The notes below the pieces were generated by a model. It did not search any database and had not been told where the DNA came from. It saw only the letters and a list, made by a program, of their open reading frames with translations. Below are positions 27,824 through 37,240 of a stretch of DNA of 64,000 nucleotides, one piece after another; the first letter of the stretch is position 1; every line of letters begins with the position of its first letter. The position numbers and the translations under genes were made by a program. Source of the DNA: a virus (taxonomy: Duplodnaviria > Caudoviricetes); the IMG/VR virus record IMGVR_UViG_3300032314_000513, positions 1-64,000 of that record; one strand, 5' to 3'.

Positions 27824-29431
27824 ATGGCAAAGAAGAATGTAGTCATCTTTGATGGGGAAGATAAATTTATCAACCCCAAAAAAGCCGTTTATAGCAAGTC
27901 AAAAGGACAATCAAAAAAAGCAGAGTCTTTTAAATCTGCTGTATCTGATGAAGATAGAAAAGGTCTTGTTGATGGAGGAGGTTCAGCAACTCAAGAGGCT
28001 GTTAGTGAAAACTTAACCGAACCGTCTGCTAATGATTCTCGTGTAGAAAGAACTGCAGTAAACAATATTCCTAGTATTACGGCACCTCCTATTGACATTC
28101 CTTCTCCTAGTACAATTGCTGCAGATATAAGGGCAACTGTGTTACCTAATATACAAACTAGTACTGTTACAAAAGAAACAGTAATGGCTCCTACTCCTCC
28201 ATTACCTTCATACGCTGCATCTTCTCCTGTTTCAGGTTTAGGTTTAAGTTTTGGTCAAAATGCCACAGCTAAAAGTTGTCCTGCAGGTTTTAGAGATTAT
28301 TTCGGTACATGTGTTCCTATAACAAACACTCAAGGTGCTTGTCAACAAGGTTACATGAAAGAGTACGAAGGTGGTCCTTGCGTTCCAATTCCTGCTTCTA
28401 CTTCAATTGGTGGATGTGCTGCAGGTTATGAATATAAAATGGGTATGAGGTCAGGTAGTTTAACTCCTGAAATGGGTTGTTATCCTATTGGTTCTACTCA
28501 AGATATTAATACAGGAAGTAGCACAGGTGCAATTTTAGGTGGTGGTGCAGGAACAAATATTGGTGGTGGTGGAACGGTTCAAGGCGGTGGTGGTTCTTAT
28601 GCTGATACTAGCGTTACTCAAGCAGCACAACCAAGTGCAGGTCTTACTTGTAATGATAATCAAATATTCGACCCTAAGACAGGAAGCTGTATACCAAAAT
28701 ATACAACTGCTCCTGTACCATGTCCTGCAGGTTTTACTTTAAATAAAGCTACAGGTACTTGTATAGAAAGTCTTAATCCTCAAGATTACAAATGCCCTCC
28801 TGTTGATTTACCAACTCCTCCTAAATGTAAAAAATATGCAGTAGTTGGAAAAGATACATTTGGATGCGATAGATTTGAGTTAGTAGACGATGCAGCTAAT
28901 TGTCCTGATGTAATTCAAGAGAAACCTATTGAATGTAAAGATGGTTTAATATATAGTGAAGCATTAAAAAAATGCGTAAATCCAATTGATGAGACTAAGA
29001 GACCTCCATTGACAACTCCTGAAGGAACTTGTCCTGTTGGTTATGATTGGAGTGTTGCTGAACAAAAATGTATTGCAAAATGTGAGGCAGGTAAAACTTA
29101 TGACCCTGTCAACATGATGTGTGTAGACACAACACCTAGCACTCCAAAAACTCCTTATTGCTCTGCAAATCAAGTTTGGGATGAAAAACTACAAAAATGT
29201 GTATTCTCAGGAACAATTACTAAACCTCCTGTTACTGCAAAACCTATTGATACTCTTGGTATTTTACCTATTGCACCTATTGATGGTGGTGGTTCTACAG
29301 GTGGAGGTGGAGGTGGTGGTGGAGAAGAATCCGTTGCAGCCGCTGTAGCTAAAAAGAACTATTTTTGGTGGTATGTAGGTGGTGCCGTATTAACATACTA
29401 TTTATATAAAAAATATTACAAGAAAAAATAA
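27824..29431 (+). CDS. Cys-repeat surface protein with C-terminal TM anchor
   Basis: Nine paired-Cys units (e.g. CPAGFTLNKATGTC) plus one 4-Cys unit, ending WWYVGGAVLTYYLYKKYYKKK. Confidence 0.75.
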   Translation: MAKKNVVIFDGEDKFINPKKAVYSKSKGQSKKAESFKSAVSDEDRKGLVDGGGSATQEAVSENLTEPSANDSRVERTAVNNIPSITAPPIDIPSPSTIAADIRATVLPNIQTSTVTKETVMAPTPPLPSYAASSPVSGLGLSFGQNATAKSCPAGFRDYFGTCVPITNTQGACQQGYMKEYEGGPCVPIPASTSIGGCAAGYEYKMGMRSGSLTPEMGCYPIGSTQDINTGSSTGAILGGGAGTNIGGGGTVQGGGGSYADTSVTQAAQPSAGLTCNDNQIFDPKTGSCIPKYTTAPVPCPAGFTLNKATGTCIESLNPQDYKCPPVDLPTPPKCKKYAVVGKDTFGCDRFELVDDAANCPDVIQEKPIECKDGLIYSEALKKCVNPIDETKRPPLTTPEGTCPVGYDWSVAEQKCIAKCEAGKTYDPVNMMCVDTTPSTPKTPYCSANQVWDEKLQKCVFSGTITKPPVTAKPIDTLGILPIAPIDGGGSTGGGGGGGGEESVAAAVAKKNYFWWYVGGAVLTYYLYKKYYKKK

Positions 29432-29438
29432 TTAAATA

Positions 29439-29834
29439 ATGGAAGCAAATGTAACTCCCCAAACAGCTCCTGCACCAATGGTTCCGCCTCCTGCCGCAGC
29501 TCCTGCTGCAGCTCCTATGGCTGCTCCTCCGATGGCTCCTCCACCTTATGAAGATGGTGGTGCTATTGTTAAAAAAGGTGGCGGAATAAAAGAATGGTTT
29601 AGCGATATTAATATTGTTGATGTGGCTGTAAGTGCTGTTATTGTCGGTGCTGTATTATATACTGTTCATTATTATAAATTTATGATGATGTTAGAAAAAT
29701 CAGGTTACGCTGATTTGAATACTAAAGTAGCTAAATTACAAAGTGCCGTAGATGCTCAAAAAGCTGAAATGAACGCTGCAGGTAATGGTAAGCTAGATAG
29801 ACAACGCAGAAAACCTGTAATGAGATTAGCATAA
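29439..29834 (+). CDS. Pro/Ala-rich single-TM protein
   Basis: PA-rich N-terminus, YEDGG, central TM, and MNAAG near the C-terminus. Confidence 0.7.
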   Translation: MEANVTPQTAPAPMVPPPAAAPAAAPMAAPPMAPPPYEDGGAIVKKGGGIKEWFSDINIVDVAVSAVIVGAVLYTVHYYKFMMMLEKSGYADLNTKVAKLQSAVDAQKAEMNAAGNGKLDRQRRKPVMRLA

Positions 29835-29846
29835 AATATATCCTTT

Positions 29847-30332
29847 ATGAAACAAAATAATAAATATATAATTCTAGGTATTTTAGCAATTGGTGGCTAT
29901 TTATTGTATAGAAAATATATGAAAAATAGTTCAACACAACCTGATTCTAATGTAAATTTTTTGGGTTTAAATATCCCTCCCATTCTAAATGATTGGAAAG
30001 ATAATTTTGATAATAAAAGATTAGATGAAATAACCAATAATTACGCACCTGACGGTATTTTAGTATCTACTTTTGGAGATATTTTAAAGGGTAGAAAGAA
30101 GATTAAAGACTATTTCAAAGGTTTATTTGAAAAAGATAATTTAAGTGTTGATTATTTAGGCACTCCTGATGTGAAAGACTTGAAAGATGTTAAAGTATAT
30201 ACAGGTTTATATCAATTTAATTATTTAGAAAATGGTAAAATGAATCATGTTAAATCAAGATATTCATTCATTTCTAAAGAGATTGATGGTAAAACTTATA
30301 TATTGAAACAACATTCTAGTGTTGCTAATTAA
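29847..30332 (+). CDS. TM-anchored NTF2/SnoaL-like protein
   Basis: YAPDGILVSTFGDILKGRKKIKDYF...ILKQHSS. Confidence 0.7.
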   Translation: MKQNNKYIILGILAIGGYLLYRKYMKNSSTQPDSNVNFLGLNIPPILNDWKDNFDNKRLDEITNNYAPDGILVSTFGDILKGRKKIKDYFKGLFEKDNLSVDYLGTPDVKDLKDVKVYTGLYQFNYLENGKMNHVKSRYSFISKEIDGKTYILKQHSSVAN

Positions 30333-30354
30333 AAGTTAAAAAAAACCATAAAAT

Positions 30355-31002
30355 ATGTTAGATTCAATATCTTGGGGAAATCCTCTCCAAAAGCATCTGC
30401 CGTACATTGAAAAAGACAACTTGACTTTTCTTGAGAAGTATTATCCTCAACTAATCAAGTATAGTTTCCCAAAAAACACTTCAAAAGCTACAAGAGAAGA
30501 ATTAAATCAGCTTGTAGATAATATTGAAGTTGCTAAATCAAACCCTGAGCATCTTAAAAGATATAAAGCTTATGATAATTCCCTTGTTAAAATATTTGGA
30601 GATGTAATTATTGAAAATAATTTAGGCGAAAAAGGAGCTGATTTGGTTGATAAGCTATTTGATGATACAGTTCCTTTAATCCTCAAGCTTAAATTCTTTT
30701 TTCAAAGACCTAGGCCTTATCAATTGGCTTACGCTTATAAATTAAAACTTTTCCCATTTTCATCTCCATCTTCAGATTCCCCTTCTTATCCTGCAGGACA
30801 TACTTTGCAGTCAGCTTTGATTTGCTATGTGTTGGGTAACCATTTCCCTGAAAAATTTGATTATTTTCAAAATCTAGCTAAAGACATAGAATACAGTAGA
30901 TTGTTCTTAGGTTTACATTACCAATCAGATAATGATTTTTCTTTATATATGTATGACTTAATTATCAGAGATAAGGAGTTTAAGGCGAAATATGCTTTAT
31001 AA
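30355..31002 (+). CDS. PAP2/haloperoxidase-fold phosphatase
   Basis: K....RPRP, PSYPAGH and SRLFLGLHYQSD. Confidence 0.8.
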   Translation: MLDSISWGNPLQKHLPYIEKDNLTFLEKYYPQLIKYSFPKNTSKATREELNQLVDNIEVAKSNPEHLKRYKAYDNSLVKIFGDVIIENNLGEKGADLVDKLFDDTVPLILKLKFFFQRPRPYQLAYAYKLKLFPFSSPSSDSPSYPAGHTLQSALICYVLGNHFPEKFDYFQNLAKDIEYSRLFLGLHYQSDNDFSLYMYDLIIRDKEFKAKYAL

Positions 31003-31403
31003 TGCAATTACAACTAAAAGAAGGGAGAGTTACTTGGAAACAAGGGTGGGCTGAAATATCCGATAAAAGGTGCTACTTCAGAAGCCGTTGGGAATATAGG
31101 TATGCCCTTTATTTGGATTTAATGAAAAGACATAATCATATTATTGATTGGTTTTATGAACCGCAAACTTTTTATTTTGAAGGTATCAAAAGGGGTACAA
31201 CAAATTATAAACCTGATTTCAAAGTAGTATTTCCAAGTGGTAACGAAGAATGGATTGAAGTTAAAGGATACATGGATGCTAAATCAGCAACCAAAATAAA
31301 AAGAATGGCTAAATACTTCCCTGAATTAAAATTAAGAGTAGTGGATGGTGATTGGTTCAAAGTTAATGCCTTAATGCTAAAAAAAGTTCTAAAAAATTGG
31401 TAA
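31002..31403 (+). CDS. PD-(D/E)xK nuclease (DUF1064-like)
   Basis: FRSRWE, YKPDF and IEVKG. Confidence 0.75.
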   Translation: MQLQLKEGRVTWKQGWAEISDKRCYFRSRWEYRYALYLDLMKRHNHIIDWFYEPQTFYFEGIKRGTTNYKPDFKVVFPSGNEEWIEVKGYMDAKSATKIKRMAKYFPELKLRVVDGDWFKVNALMLKKVLKNW

Positions 31404-31448
31404 AAAAAGCATAATTATACATATATTTACAATGTGTAAAATTATACA

Positions 31449-31880
31449 ATGAACCAACAGAATGAAATTATATTACTTGAAGAGTTAATTTCTATAGTCA
31501 AAAACAAAGGCTATACCAAAACTTTAAATATTCTTAAAAAGAATAATACATCTTTTTTTGAGATAGATAATTCCTACGATAAATTTGTCGTAAACCTAAT
31601 TGCTAATACTTTTGAAATAGATTCAAATGACTTATTACAAAGTAGATATAGTAGAGGTAATATGAAATACGCTATTGGATTTTGCGTTTATTATTTGTAT
31701 CAAGAAAGAACACTTGGCTACATAGGTAAAAATATATTCAAGGATAAGAATTTAACTTTGCTATCAAGATATAGACAAATGATATTCGAATTAACTAAAA
31801 AGGATTTACCTTATTACGAAATAAAAGAAGATTTAGATAAAAAAATAGAAAATTTTAAACTTAAAAATAAAGTTAAATGA
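31449..31880 (+). CDS. Hypothetical protein, possible DnaA-C-like HTH
   Basis: IANTFEI...DLLQSRYSRGNMKYAIGFCVYYL...TLGYIG. Weak resemblance. Confidence 0.35.
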   Translation: MNQQNEIILLEELISIVKNKGYTKTLNILKKNNTSFFEIDNSYDKFVVNLIANTFEIDSNDLLQSRYSRGNMKYAIGFCVYYLYQERTLGYIGKNIFKDKNLTLLSRYRQMIFELTKKDLPYYEIKEDLDKKIENFKLKNKVK

Positions 31881-33028
31881 GTACTGAACAAAACATACCC
31901 ACCGAAGAAGTAAAACCAAAACAATCTCCTTCTAATTATAATCCATTTTTGGAGCAAGTTAGTGAAAAGCCATATTCAACTGTGAATGTTGGAGTTACCC
32001 AAGAACAATTAAAATCCTCTATTCCTGAGCCTGTTTATTCTCCTTTTTCAGTAGATTCAAACGAGAACCCATATAATATGTTAGGCGGAGACGGACAGCC
32101 TAGTGGAGGAGGACAAAAAAGGGAATCAGCACCTTTTAATCCTATGATGAATGATGTTTCTGATGGAGATAAAAAAATGGGTGCACAGCACATGGCTAAA
32201 TTATTAGTTGAAGGCTATGAGCAATTACATGTTTTTGGTAATAAAGCTTTGCAGGTACCTGAGAAAAAGATTAGGAAAATGGAAAAGGAAGGACTTATAG
32301 ATTTATCTATTCCGATTCCTTATGAATATGGTAAGACTATTACTGCAGGAGAATTTTTACAAGATTTCAATGAACAAAATAAAGATGCTTTAACAGTATC
32401 AAGAGAATTTAAAAAAGAAGTTACTCCTGTATTAACTAGAGTTTTAGAAAAAAGAGGTGCAGGATTAACTGATGAGCAATATTTAGGTTTTTTAGTTGGT
32501 AAAGATTTAGTGGTAAAATTAGTTATTGTAGCACAATTGCGTTCTACTATGAATGACATGATTAATGTAATTAAAGATTATACAGAAGCTACAAGAGCAG
32601 GTGGTGGTGTACCTCCGCAGCCTCAAGCTCCTACTCCTCAAGCTCCTACTCCTCAACCATCAGCTCCACAGCCACAATATCAAGAGCCTTCTCATTCAGC
32701 ACCTGATTTTAACTTTCAAGATAATGAAGTGGTAATGAATAGTACAGTACAACAAATGCAAGTTCCTAGCACAGGTAAAGCAAGAGTTATTGCACAAATT
32801 CAAAAAGAAAAGAAATGGAAAAATGATGCGGATAAAGCAGGTGGGGGGTCATCTTACGAACAAGCTATGAAAGAAAGAAAAAATAGTGGCAAAAGAGGAA
32901 GAAAAAAAGCAAAAGATTATGTTGATGAAGTAAAAATGGATGAAGACCAAATTGCTGAAGCTATAATTTTGAATGAGACTATTAATCAACCTAAAAAGGT
33001 TAAGGACCCTTACGCAGATTTAGATTAA
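31877..33028 (+). CDS. Hypothetical Pro/Gln-rich protein (possible assembly factor)
   Basis: 383-aa ORF two genes upstream of the ATPase. Confidence 0.6.
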   Translation: MSTEQNIPTEEVKPKQSPSNYNPFLEQVSEKPYSTVNVGVTQEQLKSSIPEPVYSPFSVDSNENPYNMLGGDGQPSGGGQKRESAPFNPMMNDVSDGDKKMGAQHMAKLLVEGYEQLHVFGNKALQVPEKKIRKMEKEGLIDLSIPIPYEYGKTITAGEFLQDFNEQNKDALTVSREFKKEVTPVLTRVLEKRGAGLTDEQYLGFLVGKDLVVKLVIVAQLRSTMNDMINVIKDYTEATRAGGGVPPQPQAPTPQAPTPQPSAPQPQYQEPSHSAPDFNFQDNEVVMNSTVQQMQVPSTGKARVIAQIQKEKKWKNDADKAGGGSSYEQAMKERKNSGKRGRKKAKDYVDEVKMDEDQIAEAIILNETINQPKKVKDPYADLD

Positions 33029-33029
33029 T

Positions 33030-33317
33030 ATGAAAGTAAAAAATCAAGATTGGATTGAATTTAAAAAAACAATCATCTCTTTCATAAGGGTTTTTGAAAA
33101 CGAATCTACAAAATTTGAATACCCAATTTGTCAAGATGAAGATTTTACCATTCTTGTTGAAGAGTGTGAAGTATTTCCTGTATTTACTAAAAAAGAAGAT
33201 TTTTTAAAAATAGAATATGATTTTACACTATGTCAAACTAGTATTAGAACTTTAAGCTTTTCAAAATACAAAGATGCTGCAAGAATAGAAATTACTTTAA
33301 AAGATAAAAGTATTTAA
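33030..33317 (+). CDS. Hypothetical protein
   Basis: 95-aa ORF with 1-nt spacing on both sides. Confidence 0.6.
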   Translation: MKVKNQDWIEFKKTIISFIRVFENESTKFEYPICQDEDFTILVEECEVFPVFTKKEDFLKIEYDFTLCQTSIRTLSFSKYKDAARIEITLKDKSI

Positions 33318-33318
33318 T

Positions 33319-34140
33319 ATGGCAAGAGAACCTATGCTAATGGCTGCCTGTGGAAAGAAAGGGGTGGGTAAAAGTTATCAGCACATGATTCTCATGAACC
33401 AATATGTTCAAGGAGATTATTATAATGGTGTAAGAGGTAGAAAATGTTTGATAATGGATGTTAATGATGAATATGGTCATGGTACTTATTATGTACAAGC
33501 TTTATCATTAAAAGATGTTTCATTATTTTCTGTACATCCTAATGTTGAAATTAGAAGAATTAGGCCGTTTCATCCAAATGGAACTAGAATGACTTTAGAT
33601 GAATGGGCTCAAGCTTTATTCTATGTTTTAAATAGATTCAGAAATGGTTTATTATTAATTGAGGATGTAAATAAATTTATTGGAGACCATTTACCAAATG
33701 ATTTAGTGGGTTCTATTGCAACTAATCGACATGTTGGTTTAGATATAATTCTTTCTTATCAGTCTTTAGGTAGAATTAATACTAAGATTTGGGGTAATTT
33801 AAACCAATTAAGATTCCATAAAAACAATGAGAGTGTTGAAAGACATGCTTTAAAATTCCCTGATAAAGCCGAGTTTATGCGTATTGCAGAGATTATGGTT
33901 AATAATGAATATGCAAGAGGCAATAATAGATTTTTTTTATATGTAGATATGGATGAATCTAAAATTAGAGGTAATATTAATGATGAATTAAGAGAAGAGG
34001 CTCTAAATCAATATATTAACGAAAACTACAATATTCTTTTAAAGCCATTTTTGGTACAAAGAGATGGCAACAAGAAAAAACATACTACAGAAACTGCTAT
34101 AAAAGAGATAAAACAGAGACTTACTTCAGCCTATTTTTAG
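33319..34140 (+). CDS. A32/FtsK-HerA-type genome packaging ATPase
   Basis: N-terminal Walker A GKKGVGKS, Walker B LLLIED, and arginine-finger signature TNRHVGLDIILSYQS. 273 aa, no nuclease domain. Confidence 0.85.
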   Translation: MAREPMLMAACGKKGVGKSYQHMILMNQYVQGDYYNGVRGRKCLIMDVNDEYGHGTYYVQALSLKDVSLFSVHPNVEIRRIRPFHPNGTRMTLDEWAQALFYVLNRFRNGLLLIEDVNKFIGDHLPNDLVGSIATNRHVGLDIILSYQSLGRINTKIWGNLNQLRFHKNNESVERHALKFPDKAEFMRIAEIMVNNEYARGNNRFFLYVDMDESKIRGNINDELREEALNQYINENYNILLKPFLVQRDGNKKKHTTETAIKEIKQRLTSAYF

Positions 34141-34182
34141 GCTTTTTGCTTGATTTTCAGGCTTATATACCCATCTAATACA

Positions 34183-34215
34183 CCCTTTCCTATTTATTCA
34201 GGAAGGGGTTTTTTT
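34183..34215 (+). terminator. Intrinsic terminator
   Basis: CCCTTTCCT-loop-AGGAAGGGG followed by T7. Confidence 0.8.
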
Positions 34216-34307
34216 ATTTTCAACTAATTATATACATATAAAAGTAGCTATATAAAAAAGTTACAAAAAACTGATTAATTTATTTCTATTAATGCCTAGT
34301 AATTACC

Positions 34308-34315
34308 TAAATTTG
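34308..34315 (+). promoter_or_regulatory. Bacteroidota-type -7 box TAAATTTG for the capsid operon
   Basis: Matches TAnnTTTG between the terminator and the small ORF/MCP. Confidence 0.55.
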
Positions 34316-34380
34316 ATATGTCAATGCTGAATCTGTATTCACAATGACACTTATTCATAAAACAATTAAATAGTATTAAG

Positions 34381-34488
34381 ATGAATTTCAAAGCAATCGC
34401 AGGACAATTACTAATCGTTGCAGGTGGTGTTGCTCTATACATGTTGGCTATAAAGCCTATGTTAGACAAAGCTAATGTATCTAAGTAA
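34381..34488 (+). CDS. 35-aa TM peptide co-transcribed with the putative MCP (not in track)
   Basis: MNFKAIAGQLLIVAGGVALYMLAIKPMLDKANVSK*. Confidence 0.7.
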   Translation: MNFKAIAGQLLIVAGGVALYMLAIKPMLDKANVSK

Positions 34489-34544
34489 TCATAGAAGTAA
34501 ACGAATTTAAAATCAAATTAATTCAAAATTAAAATTCATTAAAA

Positions 34545-35243
34545 ATGAGTAGTATTCAACGCTATTTACAAATGGCAAACCGTCAAGTAAACGAATCGTT
34601 TATTGGCGTAGATGGTTTTGTAGACGATGACATGTATTTTGCAGCAGGAGATAATTTCTTCGGTGCAGACGGTACAGAAGCAGCTCCTGCTGCAGCACCT
34701 GCAGTTATGCGTTCTCAACCTTACATCTTAACAGTATCTAACGCTTCTAACGCAGCAGTTACTATTGATGTATTCGGAGCTTATATCTATTTGAACAACG
34801 CAGGTTTTTCAGGTGGAAGCTTAACAGTAAGCAATGTTACAATCACTTCAGGATTGTCAAATGTTACTTACTATAACTTATTGAACCAATCATCTGTATC
34901 TCCTTTCACAATTGGAAGTACTTTGATTTCTTCAGTAAATGGTACAACTAGCCAAGTGTTACAACCTTTAACACTTAGCACTTTAGATGCAAACGGTAAC
35001 CAAGCAACTAAAATCTTAACTCCTGTTATTGACCCGTATCAACAACAAAGTGGTGTTATTGAATTGAAACAACCATTCAGAATTGATGGTTTCACTAAGT
35101 TAACTTTCAGCATTTATGCTTCAAGTTCTGTTCAATTCCAATTCTACCCTTCTGATACAATCAACATCGCAAGAGGTTTAGGTGGTAACGCTGTATCTAA
35201 GCAATATGGTAGTCCAAAAATTATCAGACCGGCTTCTCGTTAA
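34545..35243 (+). CDS. Putative major capsid protein, single jelly-roll
   Basis: ~175-aa beta-strand-patterned domain after an acidic arm and AAPAAAP linker. Follows the packaging ATPase, has its own promoter and terminator, and is enriched in TTC/AAC/ATC/CGT codons relative to neighbours. The fold is inferred. Confidence 0.65.
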   Translation: MSSIQRYLQMANRQVNESFIGVDGFVDDDMYFAAGDNFFGADGTEAAPAAAPAVMRSQPYILTVSNASNAAVTIDVFGAYIYLNNAGFSGGSLTVSNVTITSGLSNVTYYNLLNQSSVSPFTIGSTLISSVNGTTSQVLQPLTLSTLDANGNQATKILTPVIDPYQQQSGVIELKQPFRIDGFTKLTFSIYASSSVQFQFYPSDTINIARGLGGNAVSKQYGSPKIIRPASR

Positions 35244-35270
35244 TCCGAGTAGATTAGGAAAAATATAAGA

Positions 35271-35312
35271 AAGGGGCGAGAGTGTGATTTTATCTTACTC
35301 CGCCCTTTTTTT
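35271..35312 (+). terminator. Intrinsic terminator after putative MCP
   Basis: AAGGGGCG(A)GAGT-loop-ACTCCGCCC followed by T7. Confidence 0.75.
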
Positions 35313-35325
35313 AATTAAAATTTAG

Positions 35326-35333
35326 TAAATTTG
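35326..35333 (+). promoter_or_regulatory. TAAATTTG box 4 nt before ATG 35338 (leaderless candidate)
   Basis: Sequence reads TAAATTTG-TGTT-ATG. Confidence 0.4.
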
Positions 35334-35337
35334 TGTT

Positions 35338-35757
35338 ATGTCATTACCTAGAGTAAATATATTCAACTATACCGCTGCAGCTAACCCTTATTTCGTTAAG
35401 AGTTTAGCCCATAAGTATGGTTATGAATTTGATAAGGACCAAAAATTAGATACTGTTTTACAACAACTAGTAACTTACGAAGGTGAACCTGTCATGATGG
35501 AAATAATTGAGAACAGTCCTGATAAGGATTTATTCATGGATTATTTTGAAAAGAAGTATGGCAAAAAAGAAGAAAAGAATAATTCAAATGAATTAGGTGG
35601 TGCAAGACTACTTGATACTTATATGAATTTCACAGGACAACTACAAGCTGCACAACAAACTGCTGAAAATAAAATGTTGACAAAAGAAACAAGTGTTATG
35701 GTTTTACTTGGTGCAGTTCTTATTTCATTCGCAATAATGTTTAAAAACAACAAATAA
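35338..35757 (+). CDS. Virion membrane protein candidate (MNFTG motif, C-terminal TM)
   Basis: TYMNFTGQ and VMVLLGAVLISFAIMFKNNK. Confidence 0.7.
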   Translation: MSLPRVNIFNYTAAANPYFVKSLAHKYGYEFDKDQKLDTVLQQLVTYEGEPVMMEIIENSPDKDLFMDYFEKKYGKKEEKNNSNELGGARLLDTYMNFTGQLQAAQQTAENKMLTKETSVMVLLGAVLISFAIMFKNNK

Positions 35758-35758
35758 T

Positions 35759-36427
35759 ATGGCACTTTCAGCAATAGAAACTGCAAAAGAATTAATTTCA
35801 TACGCAGTCGTAACAGATAAGAATGGTTTAGTTAAGTTATTACAAAGAAATGGTATTGAGTTACCAAATAATCCTTCTGACAACGAAGTAACAGTTGCTG
35901 TCTTGATGGCAAATAATAAAAGTGGTGTTTTCAGAAATGAATTAAAAAAATATTTAGGTGGGTTAGTTCCTGAAATATCTAATTATACAACAGAATTAGG
36001 TGGTGGAATGAACTTCACAGGTACAGATGATTTTTCTTTTACTGCAGGAGATGATAATTTTTATAATGCAACCGCTGCTGAGGCAAAAGCCTTAAGGGTA
36101 TCAGCTACAAATCCTACAGGCAAAACTAAAGTAGGTTTAGCATTAGCAAGTATTGGAACTTTCTTTAAAGATAGTGTACTTACAAAAGATAATATCAACG
36201 CAGGTATTAATATTGGTTTAACTAGTTTAGCTAATAAGACTCAAGCACAGCAAAATGCTGTTACTGCTCAGTCTTTACAATTACAAAATTATCAAGATAC
36301 TTTAAGACAACAATTACCTAATGCAGATAAGAAATCTAACACTATGTTATATGTATGGATTAGTGTTGGTGTGTTAGCTGTTGGTGTTTTAGGATTTGTT
36401 TTATACAAATCATATAAGAAGAAATAA
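35759..36427 (+). CDS. Virion membrane protein candidate carrying a copy of the MCP-arm motif
   Basis: MNFTGTDDFSFTAGDDNFYNATA, plus a C-terminal TM and KKK. Confidence 0.7.
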   Translation: MALSAIETAKELISYAVVTDKNGLVKLLQRNGIELPNNPSDNEVTVAVLMANNKSGVFRNELKKYLGGLVPEISNYTTELGGGMNFTGTDDFSFTAGDDNFYNATAAEAKALRVSATNPTGKTKVGLALASIGTFFKDSVLTKDNINAGINIGLTSLANKTQAQQNAVTAQSLQLQNYQDTLRQQLPNADKKSNTMLYVWISVGVLAVGVLGFVLYKSYKKK

Positions 36428-36618
36428 TGTCCAATAATAAAAAAATATTATTAATTGGAGGTGCTTTGGTAATAGCATATCTTTTATTAAAAAAGAAAAA
36501 AAATACTTTGGTTAGTGAAAATGGAAAAGAAAAGATAGTGCAGTTTGACCCTATAAATGTTAAACCAATGCCATGGATAGGTGTTCCAAATTCACTTCCT
36601 GAAATTAAAATAAATTAA
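36427..36618 (+). CDS. Small N-anchored membrane protein
   Basis: ILLIGGALVIAYLLLKKKK. Confidence 0.7.
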   Translation: MSNNKKILLIGGALVIAYLLLKKKKNTLVSENGKEKIVQFDPINVKPMPWIGVPNSLPEIKIN

Positions 36619-36619
36619 A

Positions 36620-36754
36620 ATGACTAAAGAGAATAAAGAATTATTATGGATAAGTGGATTTGTATTTGTTTTATATACACTTTATAAGATATATGAAAAG
36701 AAATATCAATCAGTTCCTGATTCAGTAGTAATTCCAACAGAGTTCGAAAATTAA
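36620..36754 (+). CDS. 44-aa TM protein (not in track)
   Basis: MTKENKELLWISGFVFVLYTLYKIYEKKYQSVPDSVVIPTEFEN*. Confidence 0.65.
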   Translation: MTKENKELLWISGFVFVLYTLYKIYEKKYQSVPDSVVIPTEFEN

Positions 36755-36781
36755 ATTAAATAACAAACAAAAACAAAAATT

Positions 36782-36925
36782 ATGTTAAAAGGTAAAAATT
36801 TATGGATTTTATTAGGTGTAGGTGCTGTAGCATACTACTATTTTATGATGAAGAAGAAAAAAGATGCTGCTGCTTCTGCTCCTGCAACTGCTGCAACTAA
36901 CTTCACAGGAACTATGGGATATTAA
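36782..36925 (+). CDS. 47-aa TM protein, paralog of the next gene (not in track)
   Basis: MLKGKNLWILLGVGAVAYYYFMMKKKKDAAASAPATAATNFTGTMGY*. Confidence 0.75.
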   Translation: MLKGKNLWILLGVGAVAYYYFMMKKKKDAAASAPATAATNFTGTMGY

Positions 36926-36949
36926 TTTTAAATTTTAAAAAATTAAAAA

Positions 36950-37222
36950 ATGTTAAAAGGTAAAAATTTATTGATTATTGCAGGTGTTGCTGCTGTAGGT
37001 TATTATTTATATAAGAAAAATCAAGATGCTAAAGTAATTGCTCCTGCAACTGCTGCAAAGAACTTCACAGGAGACTTAGATGTTTTAGCAAATCAAAACT
37101 TTACAGGAGATTTAGGTGTTCTTAACGCAAGTGGTCCTAGCGATAGACAATTAAATAGATTAGAAAAAGTTATGACTAGAAATCCACAAAGAGCTCAAAG
37201 AATGATTAAAAGAATGTTCTAA
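36950..37222 (+). CDS. TM protein with NFTG x2 and NASG motifs
   Basis: MLKGKNLLIIAGVAAVGYYLYKK...APATAAKNFTGDL..QNFTGDL..LNASG. Confidence 0.75.
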   Translation: MLKGKNLLIIAGVAAVGYYLYKKNQDAKVIAPATAAKNFTGDLDVLANQNFTGDLGVLNASGPSDRQLNRLEKVMTRNPQRAQRMIKRMF

Positions 37223-37240
37223 TCAGATAATTTAAAAATT

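Noticed and set aside
27824-29834. Eukaryotic host (Cys-rich repeats, PPPY late-domain-like motif, NCLDV-like DUFs)
   Set aside because: Peptidoglycan hydrolases, holin-like genes, a PG-binding domain, operonic overlaps, intrinsic terminators and TAnnTTTG boxes all indicate a bacterial host.
33319-34140. Terminase large subunit
   Set aside because: It is too short, has no RNase H-like nuclease domain, and carries the A32/FtsK RH...Q signature instead.
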